From: Antedon mediterranea
Lineage: Eukaryota > Animalia > Echinodermata
NCBI RefSeq assembly: GCF_964355755.1
Contig: NC_092672.1
Location: forward strand, 25,984,437 to 26,048,436
Length of the DNA: 64,000 bases
Reading direction: 5' to 3'
The notes under the pieces were generated by a model that saw only the letters and a list, made by a program, of their open reading frames with translations, made no database searches and was not told the origin of the DNA. The position numbers and the translations under genes were made by a program. The first letter of the stretch is position 1; the number at the start of each line of letters is the position of its first letter. Shown here piece after piece: positions 20,487-34,200 of the stretch.

Positions 20487-23400
20487 ATGATCAGTGTAGT
20501 TAAAATTTGATAACTGAGCACGCATCTCACATCTACCTCATCAATAATTATTATTAATAATCTATATCACGTTGTTGAATATGATGAGTGTAGTCATAAT
20601 TTGATAACTGAGCAGGCATCTTTTAGAATCTACGTCATCAATTTTAATATTAATATTATATATCACATTGTTGGATATGATCAGTGTAGTCATAATTTGA
20701 TAACTGAGCACGTATCTTTTAATATCTACATCATCAATAATTATTATTAATAATCTATATCACATTGTTGGATATGATCAGTGTAGTCGTCATTTGATAA
20801 CTGAGCACGCATCTTTAAATATCTACCGCATCAAAATTAATATAAATAATCTATATCACATTGTTGGATATGATCAGTGTAGTCGTAATTTGATAACTGA
20901 GCACGCATCTTTAAATATCTACCTCATTAATAATTTATATTAATATCATATATCACATTGTTGGATATGATCAGTGTAGTCAGAATTTGATAACTGAGCA
21001 CGTATCTTTTAATATCTACCTTAATAATAATTTATATTAATATCATATATCACATTGTTGGATATGATCAGTGTAGTCGTAATTTGATAACTGAGCACGC
21101 ATCTTTAAATATCTACCTCATTAATAATTTATATTAATATCATATATCACATTGTTGGATATGATCAGTGTAGTCAGAATTTGATAACTGAGCACGCATC
21201 TTTCAATATCTACCGCATCAATTAATAATCTACATACACATTGTTGGATATGATCAGTGTAGTCAGAATTTGATAACTGAGCACGCATCTTTCAATATCT
21301 ACCTCATTAATAATTTATATTAATATCATATATCACATTGTTGGATATGATCAGTGTAGTCAGAATTTGATAACTGAGCACGCATCTTTCAATATCTACC
21401 TCATTAATAATTTATATTAATATCATATATCACATTGTTGGATATGATCAGTGTAGTCAGAATTTGATAACTGAGCACGCATTTTTTAATATCTACCTCA
21501 TTAATAATTTATATTAATATCATATATCACATTGTTGGATATGATCAGTGTAGTCAGAATTTGATAACTGAGCACGCATCTTTCAATATCTACCTCATTA
21601 ATAATTTATATTAATATCATATATCACATTGTTGGATATGATCAGTGTAGTCAGAATTTGATAACTGAGCACGCATCTTTTAATATCTACCTCATTAATA
21701 ATTTATATTAATATCATATATCACATTGTTGGATATGATCAGTGTAGTCAGAATTTGATAACTGAGCACGCATCTTTTAATATCTACGTCATCAATAATT
21801 TATATTAATATCATATATCACATTGTTGGATATGATCAGTGTAGTCGTCATTTGATAACTGATCACGTATCTTTCAATATCTACCACATCATTAATTAAT
21901 ATTAATCTTATATATCACATTGTTGGATATGATCAGTGTAGTCAGAATTTGATAACTGAGCACGTATTTTTTAATATCTACCTCAATAATAATTTATATT
22001 AATATCATATATCACATTGTTGGATATGATCAGTGTAGTCAGAATTTGATAACTGAGCACGCATCTTTCAATATCTACCGCATCAATAATTCATATTAAT
22101 ATCATATATCACATTGTTGGATATGATCAGTGTAGTCGTCATTTGATAACTGATCACGTATCTGTCAATATCTACCTAATTAATAATTTATATTAATATC
22201 ATATATCACATTGTTGGATATGGTCAGTGTAGTCAGAATTTGATAACTGAGCACGCATCTTTCAATATCTACCTCAATAATAATTTATATTAATATCATA
22301 TATCACATTGTTGGATATGATCAGTGTAGTCATAATTTGATAACTGAGCACGCATCTTTAAATATCTACCGCATCAATTAATAATCTACATACATATTGT
22401 TGGATATGATCAGTGTAGTCGTAATTTGATAACTGAGCACGCATCTTTAAATATCTACCTCATTTATAATTTATATTAATATCATATATCACATTGTTGA
22501 ATATGATCAGTGTAGTCATAATTTGATAACTGAGGACGTATCTTTCAATATCTACCTCATTACGAATTATTATTAATATCCTATATCACATTGTTGAATA
22601 TGATGAGTGCAGTCATAATTTGATAACTGAGCACGCATCTTTCAATATCTACCTCAATAATAATTTATATTAATATCATATATCACATTGTTGGATATGA
22701 TCAGTGTAGTCATAATTTGATAACTGAGCACGCATCTTTAAATATCTACCGCATCAATTAATAATCTACATACACATTGTTGGATATGATCAGTGTAGTC
22801 GTAATTTGATAACTGAGCACGCATCTTTAAATATCTACCTCATTAATAATTTATATTAATATCATATATCACATTGTTGGATATGATCAGTGTAGTCAGA
22901 ATTTGATAACTGAGCACATATCTTTTAATATCTACCTCAATAATAATTTATATTAATATCATATATCACATCGTTGGATATGATCAGTGTAGTCAGAATT
23001 TGATAACTGAGCACGCATCTTTCAATATCTACCTCATTAATAATTTATATTAATATCATATATCACATTGTTGGATATGATCAGTGTAGTCAGAATTTGA
23101 TAACTGAGCACGCATCTTTCAATATCTACCTCAATAATAATTTATATTAATATCATATATCACATTGTTGGATATGATCAGTGTAGTCATAATTTGATAA
23201 CTGAGCACGCATCTTTAAATATCTACCGCATCAATTAATAATCTACATACATATTGTTGGATATGATCAGTGTAGTCGTAATTTGATAACTGAGCACGCA
23301 TCTTTAAATATCTACCTCATTTATAATTTATATTAATATCATATATCACATTGTTGAATATGATCAGTGTAGTCATAATTTGATAACTGAGGACGTATCT

Positions 23401-24705
23401 TTCAATATCTACCTCATTACGAATTATTATTAATATCCTATATCACATTGTTGAATATGATGAGTGCAGTCATAATTTGATAACTGAGCACGCATCTTTC
23501 AATATCTACCTCAATAATAATTTATATTAATATCATATATCACATTGTTGGATATGATCAGTGTAGTCATAATTTGATAACTGAGCACGCATCTTTAAAT
23601 ATCTACCGCATCAATTAATAATCTACATACACATTGTTGGATATGATCAGTGTAGTCGTAATTTGATAACTGAGCACGCATCTTTAAATATCTACCTCAT
23701 TAATAATTTATATTAATATCATATATCACATTGTTGGATATGATCAGTGTAGTCAGAATTTGATAACTGAGCACATATCTTTTAATATCTACCTCAATAA
23801 TAATTTATATTAATATCATATATCACATTGTTGGATATGATCAGTGTAGTCAGAATTTGATAACTGAGCACGCATGTTTTAATATCTACGTCATCAATAA
23901 TTTATATTAATATCATATATCACATTGTTGGATATGATCAGTGTAGTCGTCATTTGATAACTGATCACGTATCTTTCAATATCTACCTCATCATTAATTA
24001 ATATTAATATCATATATCACATTGTTGGATATGATCAGTGTAGTCAGAATTTGATAACTGAGCACGTATTTTTTAATATCTACCTCAATAATAATTTATA
24101 TTAATATCATATATCACATTGTTGGATATGATCTGTGTAGTCAGAATTTGATAACTGAACACGCATCTTTTAATATCTACCACATCATTAATTAATATTA
24201 ATAATCTATATCACAGTGTTGGATATGATCAGTGTAGTCAGAATTTGCTAACTGATCACGTATCTTTCAATATCTACCTTATTAATAATTTATATTAATA
24301 TCATATATCACATTGTTGGATATGATCAGTGTAGTCAGAATTTGATAACTGAGCACGCATCTTTCAATATCTACCGCATCAATAATTCATATTAATATCA
24401 TATATCACATTGTTGGATATGATCAGTGTAGTCGTCATTTGATAACTGAGCACGCATCTTTAAATATCTATTTCATCAATAATTATTATTAATGTCTTAT
24501 ATCACATTGTTGGATATGATCAGTGTAGTCATAATTTGATAACTGAGCACGCATCTTTAAATATCTACCTCATCAAAAATTATTATTAATAATCTATATC
24601 ACATTGTTGGATATGATCTGTGTATTCATAAATTGATATAACGCATCTTTTATTATCTACCTAATCAATAATAATTATTAATACTTAATGTTGGATATGA
24701 TCAGT
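20487..24705 (+). repeat. 97-bp satellite array (~44 units, some 89-bp variants)
   Basis: Unit GATCAGTGTAGTCAGAATTTGATAACTGAGCACGCATCTTTCAATATCTACCTCATTAATAATTTATATTAATATCATATATCACATTGTTGGATAT; period measured at 20679, 20776, 20872, 20969, 21066. Confidence 0.95.
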
Positions 24706-25429
24706 GTGATTTTGTTAGATTTACTGTATACAAGAGATCGAGTCGATGGGTTTTGAAAATGTGTTATTCTTTTGTTCCTAATCACCCTATTGATTTGTAT
24801 CCGTTTGCTGTTTAAATTTATACTTTTAAGAACGCATCGTTTATGATGAACGTGTGCCGTTGTAAAAATAAAAATATTCCATATCTTTTTATGTTTGATA
24901 TGTATTGTAGAGGCCATCATGAGACATGCTTTGGCTTCTATTGAGGGTCCCAGTTCTTCTTAACAGAATAAATGTGCAGTGAATGAATTATTTGATAAAT
25001 GAGGACGTGTGTTTTAACATCGATCTATACAGACCGTAATACTCTTCCAGAAATGATATGTTGCTATAATAGGCCTATGACCAATTTCCATTACATTAAT
25101 AATTCAATTAAGATTGGAAATGTGTCAGAAATACTAAAGAAATCCAGTAATCTTATTGATTAATAATTATTTATACCATTTCTGATGAACGAACAGAAAA
25201 CTAAACTTGCAGCCAATCAAAAAGCTGCTGTACTGTATAAGTAGGGAATTTTAAGTAGGAGTTGTTTTAAATGTCATTGGTCTCGGCTAATCAGTTATTG
25301 CCATTTGACTATGATAGGCATCCTTTATTACCTATAACCAGGGAAGAGTTAAATTTAACTCTTCCCTGCTATAACTATGGGTAGACCAAACAATAATAAA
25401 ATATAATGACTTCCTTTACTTTTTACAAC

Positions 25430-27700
25430 CTAGTTCGTGTTTTAAAATGTCAATTTTGGATAAATTTACAGATTTTACCATTTAAACTGCGTAAACGTAA
25501 TGCAAACTTTAAAAAAACACCCACAAACATCATCCAAACAACTTAATATTGATTATACCACTACAAGAACTATAAAAGAGGACAATTTATGAAATCATTT
25601 CATTGAAATAGCTCTAGGTTTGATTTTTTAGGGTGAAAAATATCAATTTTTGGATAAATTGACAGATTTTACCATTTAAACTGCGTAAACTTAATGCAAA
25701 CTTTAAAAAATACCCTACAAACATCATTCAAACAATTGAATACTGATTATAGCACTACTAGAACTATAAAAGAAGACAATTTATGAAATAATGTTATTGA
25801 AATAGCTCTAGGTTTGACTTTTTTGGAGTGAAAACGTCAATTTTGGATAAATTGACAGATTTTACCATGTGAACTGTGCAAACTTTAAAAAAAACACCCA
25901 CAAACATCATCTAAACCACTTAATATTGATTATACCACTACAAGAACTATAAAAGAGGACAATTTATGAAATAATTTTATTGAAATAGCTCTAGGTTTGA
26001 ATTTTTTGGGTAAAAAATGTCAATTTTGGATAAATTTACAGATTTTACCACGTAAACTGCGTAAACTTAATGCAAACTTTAAAAAAACACCCCACAAACA
26101 TTATTCAAACCACTTAATACTGATTATAGCACTACAAGAACTATAAAAGAGGACAATTTATGAAATAATTTAATAGAAATAGCTCTAAGTTTGATTTTTT
26201 AGGGTGAAAAATGTCAATTTTGGATAAATTTACAGATTTCACCATTTCAACTGCGTAAACTTAATGCAAACTTTAAAAAAACACCCACAAACATCATTCA
26301 AACCACTTAATATTGATTATATCATTATTAGAACTATAAAAGAGGACAATTTATGAAATCATTTTATTGAAATAGCTCTAGGTTTGATTTTTTAGGGTGA
26401 AAAATATCAATTTTTGGATAAATTGACAGATTTTACCATTTAAACTGCGTAAACTTAATGCAAACTTTAAAGAATACCCTACAAACATCATTCAAACAAT
26501 TGAATACTGATTATAGCACTACTAGAACTATAAAAGAAGACAATTTATGAAATAATGTTATTGAAATAGCTCTAGGTTTGACTTTTTTTGAGTGAAAACG
26601 TCAATTTTGGATAAATTGACAGATTTTACCATGTGAACTGTGCAAACTTTAAAAAAAACACCCACAAACATCATCTAAACCACTTAATATTGATTATACC
26701 ACTACAAGAACTATAAAAGAGGACAATTTATGAAATAATTTTATTGAAATAGCTCTAGGTTTGAATTTTTTGGGTAAAAAATGTCAATTTTGGATAAATT
26801 TACAGATTTTACCACGTAAACTGCGTAAACTTAATGCAAACTTAAAAAAAACACCCCAAAAACATTATTCAAACCACTTAATACTGATTATAGCACTACA
26901 AGAACTATAAAAGAGGACAATTTATGAAATAATTTAATAGAAATAGCTCTAAGTTTGATTTTTTAGGGTGAAAAATGTCAATTTTGGATAAATTTACAGA
27001 TTTCACCATTTCAACTGCGTAAACTTAATGCAAACTTTAAAAAAACACCCACAAACATCATTCAAACCACTTAATATTGATTATATCATTATTAGAACTA
27101 TAAAAGAGGACAATTTATGAAATCATTTTATTGAAATAGCTCTAGGTTTGATTTTTTAGGGTGAAAAATGTCAATTTTGGATAATTGATAGATTTTACCA
27201 TGTAAACTGCGTAAACTTAATGCAAACTTTAAAAAATACCCCACAAACATCATTCAAACAATTGAATACTGATTATACCACTACTAGAACTATAAAAGAA
27301 GACAATTTATGAAATCATTTTATTAAAATAGTTCTAGGTTTGACATTTTTGGGGTGATTATGAAATAATTTTATTGAAATAGCTCTAGGAATAAATTGAC
27401 ACATTTTACCATGTAAACTGTGCAAACTTTAAAAAAACACCCCACAAACATCATCCAAACCACTTAATATTGATTATATCACTACTAGAACTATAAAAGA
27501 AGACAATTTATGAAATCATTTTATTAAAATAGCTCTAGGTTTGACTTTTTTGGGGTAAAAAACCACTTAATATTGATTATAAAAGAAGACAACTTATGAA
27601 ATGATTTTATTGAAATAGGTCAAAGTTTGACCTTTTTGGATAAATTGACAGATTTTAAAGTGTAAACTTTACAATGCAAAAAAGGCCATCTGCAAAAATC
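25430..27700 (+). repeat. ~193-194-bp satellite array (~12 units)
   Basis: CAATTTTGGATAAATT recurs at 25451, 25644, 25838, 26021, 26215, 26408, 26602, 26785, 26979, 27172, then decays. Confidence 0.95.
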
Positions 27701-27739
27701 CTTCAAACCACTTATTATATTAGGACAATATTAATATTT

Positions 27740-29380
27740 GAAGCAGATATAAAATGATGCATGCTCAGTTATCAAATGACTAGGCCTACACTGATATTTG
27801 ATATTGGTATATAGACAATTAATATTAATTATTGTTGAGGTAGTTCAAACTATGATTACACTGATCATATCCAACATTGTGATATAGAATATTATTTTGG
27901 AAAAGGTAGATATTAAAAAACTAAACAGATCATATCCAACAGTTTGATATAGATTATTAATATTAATTGATGATGCAGATATTAAAAGATTTTTGCTCAG
28001 TTATCAATTTATGACTACACTGATCATATCCAACAATGCGATATAGATTATTAATATTAATTGATGATGCAGATATTAAAAGATTTTTGCTCAGTTATCA
28101 ATTTATGACTACACTGATCATATTGAACAATGCGATATAGATTATTAATATTAATTATTGATGAGGTAGATATTAAAAGATGCGTGCTCAGTTATCAAAT
28201 TATGACTACACTGATCATATCGAACAATGTGATATAGATTATTAATATTAATTATTGATGAGGTAGATATTAAAAGATTTTTGCTCAGTTATCAAATTAT
28301 GACTACACTGATCATATCCAACAATGTGATATAAATTATTAATAATAATTATTGATGAAATAGATATTGAAAGATGCATGCTCAGTTATCAAATTATGAC
28401 TACACTAATCATATCCAACATTGTGATATAGATTATTAATAATAATTATTGATGAGGTAGATATTAAAATATGTATGCTCACAGTTATCAAACTATGACT
28501 ACACTGATCATATCCAACATTGTGATATAGGATATTATTAATTGTTATTGATAAGGTAGATATTAAAAAACTAAACAGATCATATCCAACAGTGTGATAT
28601 AGATTATTAATATTAATTATTAATGAGGTAGATTTTTAAAGATGTATGCTCAGTTATCAAATTATGACTACACTGATCATATCCAGCAATGTGATATAAA
28701 TTATTAATAATAATTATTGATAAAATAGATATTGAAAGATGCGTGCTCAGTTATCAAATTATGACTACACTAATCATATCCAACATTGTGATATAGGATA
28801 TTATTAATAGTCATTGATAAGGTAGATATTAAAAGATGCATGCTCAGTTATCATATTATGACTACACTGATCATATTGAACAATGCGATATAGATTATTA
28901 ATATTAATTATTGATGAGGTAGATATTAAAAGATGCATGCTCAGTTATCAAATTATGACTACACTGATCATATCGAACAATGTGATATAGAATATTAATA
29001 ATAATTAATGATGAGGTAGATATTAAAAGATGCGTGCTCAGTTATCAAATTATGACTACACTGATCATATCGAACAATGTGATATAAATTATTAATATTA
29101 ATTATTGATGAGGTAGATATTAAAAGATGCGTGCTCAGTTATCAAATTATGACTAACACTGATCATATCCTACATTGTGATATAGGACATTATTAATAGT
29201 TATTGATAAGGTAGTTATTAAAAGATGCGTGCTCAGTTATCAAATTTTGACTACAAAGATCATATCCAACATTGTGATGTAGATTTATATTAATATTAAT
29301 TATTGACGATGTAGATATTAAAAGATTCATGCTAAGTTATCAAATTTTGACTACACTGATCATATTTGATATTGTGATTG
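27740..29380 (-). repeat. 97-bp satellite array, inverted relative to 20487-24705 (~17 units)
   Basis: Units contain GATGCGTGCTCAGTTATCAAATTATGACTACACTGATCATATCCAACAATGTGATATA, the reverse complement of the left-array unit. Confidence 0.93.
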
Positions 29381-29789
29381 ATGAAATATTCATATAAAGA
29401 GTGTACAATACTCACAGTATTTTTTAATCCATCCACATGAAGAAGAGACACAAGAACAAGAGTTGTTTGAAATTGTGAAGCCTCACAACCTTACTAATTG
29501 TGATGACATTTAATATAATATTACAGCCATACACAAACAGTAAGGTAGTTAGGGTCACTACAATCTATTAAAATAATTAACATTAATTAACTGGAAACAT
29601 TGTTAATTATCAGTTTGAGTTTGACTTTTGTCTCTTTTGTTGTAGAATTGAATCTCTCTTTATCCATTGCTTTCAACCTGAAAATAAACAGGCCTAAATA
29701 ATACCTTGGCATTAGCAATGAAATCAACTTACACACTGATGAATCTTAATACTCCTACCTATCTAATATTTTATATAGATAGGCTGTCT

Positions 29790-30640
29790 ATGACCCCCCA
29801 GCCTATCCCTAGCTAGGCCTATGCCTCTCTAGACCATTCTGCTGGCTAGCTAGCAAGGCCCTAGTTCTAGTCCTATAATTAATAGCACAGGTCTCATATA
29901 GATAGGCCTAGAGTGTTTAGACTGAGCCTGGTTATATGCCTATTTATTTAACTAGGACTAGGCAGGCCTAATCAGCCTAAACTAAGGCCTAATAAACTAG
30001 TCTAGGCCCTAACTAAAATACATACATAGAGCTAGCTAGTTAGGCAGCCTAGCTAGGCCTAGACTTACTTATTAGCTAGTAAGTAGGCCTAGCTAGCTAG
30101 CCTACCAGTTCCCTAGTAGGGCCTAACCAGGTGGGCCTAGTAGCCTAGCCTAGCTAGTAGTAGTAGCCTACTACTTCTTTCTAGGCCTAGGCCTAGCAAG
30201 ACTAGGCTAGCCCTAGTACTAGTAGGCCTAGCTAGGCTATAGGCCTAGTAGTACTAGGCCTACCTCTAGGCCTAAACTACTAGCTAGAGTAGCGAGATGC
30301 TAGCCTAACTAGGCCTAGGCCCTAGCTAGCTAGCTAGCCTATGCCTAGCCTCTTTCTAGCTAGGCCTATAGGCTATAATAGGCTAGGCCCTAGGCTAGGC
30401 CTAATCTGCCCTTTTTGGAGGCTAAAATATTGTCTGAAATAAGCTATGACCTACAAATATAGCTTAACTATCTGTTAAGGGTGACACTGATGATGGGTAA
30501 TCAATAAAATATGCTTCTAAATCTACCTTTTTGGCTTGCAATCATAATATCCAGTCTAGCCTAGGCCTAGGCCTGCACGGATCAGGTAGCAAAACGAACG
30601 AAGTGAGAGCACAGAGGAGGAGGAGGCCTAGGGCCTAGGT
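29790..30640. repeat. Low-complexity tract of CTAG/TAGGCCTA/TAGCTA palindromic words
   Basis: Very dense, non-periodic ctag, aggcct and agct words. Confidence 0.75.
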
Positions 30641-31264
30641 TTCAGGCAGAAAAGAACATCTTGAGTTTGTGTAATTATATATCTATTTATAGTTATTTTA
30701 AAATATATCCCTAACATTTAAAAAGTTATATATATTACTGATAATTAATTGTAAGAAGGATACTCTACCTAATGATATTATCAATTAAATGTATTTTCCG
30801 TACGAAATTAATTATATACGAGGATGGCATAAGTGATAGCTCTCTGTTATCAAAAAACAACTACATACTATACCTGTGTATATATATGGTATGCCTAGCC
30901 TGCGACTATGAGGCTGGAAACTACGGCACGGCGCCTAAAACAATAGAAGTAGGCCTAGTTTCATCCTAGGCCAATAATTAATATAATAGTTTATACGTAT
31001 TCAAAGCAACAGGACCATTCTACTAGGCTAGTTGTAAGTTGCTGATCACTACACTGTGATTATTGATAACCAAAAATTTACAGATGAGCATTGCATTTCA
31101 AAGTCGCTAAAATCATGTTGGTTTCGAATATAAGTTTAGAAGAATGCAGCTTTCACTTTTGTTGGCCTGGTAGCTGTTGGTTAGTTTATCATGAACTCTT
31201 TGGTACATTTTATCAATGTAACATTTAAAATTAGTAACATAACACACATGCATTGAATTTTCAG

Positions 31265-34200
31265 CAATTGATTTTGATGTTTCATATGAAACGGTTCACC
31301 GATGGACTAAGATGCCAGACTGTGATGAATTTGTAGGCGCTAGGTAAAAACAGATTTCTTTTTTTAATCTAAGCCCAGGGGAAAAAGATTAATGGTTTCC
31401 ATCTTTGTTTATATATATTTCTTTAAGCCTATCCACTGTATAATTATAACCTCAAATCTGGCCAGTTGTCAATTGTATGACCCACTACTGTATATAACCC
31501 ACTACTGTATATAACCCCTGGGAGAGGTGCATCATTGATGCATCATTTACAAATAATTATTGGGGTTCATCAAAAAACCTATATAGTACATCACTTAACA
31601 ATGGTGTGTCAATGTCCGTCGTGTCCTTCACCACCCACCATATCATAAACAACATTGTCACAGTGCGTCAAATTGTGTGTGTCATTAACATGGGTGCGTG
31701 ATGGCAGAAATGACACCTCTCCGTGGGTTGTATAGTGGGTCATACAATTGACAAGTGCATTATTATTTTAATCACCGTACCGTTTCTCGAGAAATGAATG
31801 AGCAGCAATATGTAGTTTTTAACCAACCCTGATTTAGGAGACAATCAAAACCAAGGAGCACTTTATTGAGTCCCCTTATTACTGAGTGGTGCTCTACTGT
31901 AGTACCCCTTTCACACCAAAAGCAAAACTCCGGAGACACTCCGGAGTTGATGCCCCGCTGTTTGGTGTGAAAGGTAAAATCAAGCAACTCCGAAGTTTAA
32001 AACTGCGGGGTTCAACAGCTGAACATTCTCCAGAGAGCGAACTGCGGGGACACCCCGGTGTTTTGGTGTGAAAGGTACCAACATCAAACTCCGGAGTGTT
32101 TTGGGTCAAAAGGTCATCCTTACACGATCACTCATTGCTTTAGTTTTATTTCAAAATACTTTAAAGATGTATTGTCCCTTTGACTAATTCCAAAAAAATA
32201 AAAAAATAAAGATTTAAAAAAAAAGTGGGTCATTTTGAAGTATCATATTAGTTATTAACTTTCAGTTCACCAAAAATTAGTCGAAAAAAATAAAATTTTT
32301 ACTGAAATACAAACGTTTTTTTTTTTCCAAAAATAACTTTGACTTCCAGTCAAAGTTTTCGATCAAAACATATCTCATAACAGTGGGACAGCCAGTCGAC
32401 AAATCGTGTCAAATTTCGACTCGGAGAGGGCGCCCTACTTTTCTAATTTTGTTCAAAATTGCTAAATTTTAGGGTGTTGGAAAAACACAATATTTGTAAA
32501 TTTAGCTGATTATCGGAAAAATATTGTTAGTGAAATAAATTCATAAATGGTTTTAATATATTGTCATGTAAAATTAAATGTATTTGAACAAAACGATAAT
32601 CTGTAATTTAACGGCAAAATCAACCAATGTCTTTTTTCCGAAATTGTACCCTAGAAAATCGTTAAAATAAAATATTTAGAAAAATACAGAACAGTCCTGA
32701 ATTTAAAATCCCTGTTAGAAAAATTAATAATCTACAGAATACGATTTTAAGATACAAAATTCGGTGGTTGGGATGCAGCTCCGACTATTCAAACTAAAGG
32801 TACCACTATTTGTTCCATCGAAAACTAGCGAAACCGCCATTTTGTAAACACATCGTCATCGTGTTTATGAATTTATTTATAGCGAACGATATACGCAATG
32901 TTTATAATTGTCCGCGTATAAGAATTCATATAAATAATACATTCCAATACAACGTATATTATTACTTGTTTATTTATCACAGTATACATTTTAGTTGAGG
33001 AATATTTTCATAACTATTATAATAGCTTTTATACGAGTCCGAGGCCTAGCCCTATTAGCGAGCGATTGTTCAAGGGGCGGAAAGTCATTTAGTGACGTTG
33101 TGATCGGGCGCGTCGGGCCTAGCTAATATTAAAAATATTACCTGAAATAAGCGGCTAACAAGAACTGTTATATTCTTGCTTACAATTGTTTTGTTATTGA
33201 TGAACAAACAAGCAATTAGATTGAATAACAAATTATTTATTCATTTTTTTTGGGTAAAAACATGTACAAACTAGTAGTAGTACTGTATAATATAAATTAA
33301 TAGTAATATTAAACTAATACAGTATAATAATAAAATATAAAATAGGCCTACATACAATAAATATTCAATTTTTAAGGTCTATCACATGACAATAACATAA
33401 TTTACAGAGTATAGTGTAGTAGGTTTGCATTCAACATAAATATTTATTTGTAATTCAACATTTTGTTTTAAATAATTAAATTATAGTTTGGGTATGACAA
33501 TGTCGGTAGGTACCGGTGTCATCTTTTTATCCACTTCACTCTCAGTTTGAAGTCACAAAGACAGAGAATTCTCTGCATCATCAACGATTCCTGAAAGTGT
33601 CAGAAAAAATAATAAATATTATTTAAAAAAAAATGTTAATGTCTGGTTGTATATATAATTATAATATTATTATGATGACATAAAAGTAAGGCAAATAGAA
33701 GCTGTATTTTATTAATTAAATTACAGTATTTACTATTAATATTTATATAATCTATGCCTACTAGTAGCCTAGCTAGGCATCTATTGAGCCTAATAAATCA
33801 AATAATAAATGAAAAATAAAATAATAATATTAATACTGATTGAAAAAAGGGATTTTTTGGGGCGGGAGATCAGATCACCAGGCTAGGCCGGCCAGGACCA
33901 ATGATACTCGTAATCAGTAAAACTTAACGACTATCGGATCAGCATCAACACAGTACAACACACGTCTCGCTATATCGCCTATACTGACACACGTGTCTCG
34001 CGTTGCCGAAACCCCGCTCACAGCTAGAAAATGTACCTACCTTTCGAGGCCTGAGAATACACCAATAAATTTTGAACAGGATAGAAATATATCATACTCG
34101 ATTAAACTAATATTACTCTTGATAAAACAATTGATTATAATTTGTTTAATTTGTTGGGATGCACCTCCGACTATTCAGAAAATGGACAACAAAACAGTAG

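Noticed and set aside
20487-29380. CRISPR-like regular repeats
   Set aside because: The variable parts are near-identical AT-rich sequence, not unique spacers; no cas genes; eukaryotic context.
29580-29680. Minus-strand acceptor followed by ATG (MDKERFNST...)
   Set aside because: Stops after ~26 codons; no supporting exons or homology.
30490-30502. ATGATGG|GTAATC as the LZTR1 start exon (phase 1 fits the 31265 acceptor)
   Set aside because: Phase-compatible but too short to support without transcript data.
31772-32109. Three overlapping short ORFs
   Set aside because: Artefacts of GC-rich MITE subrepeats.
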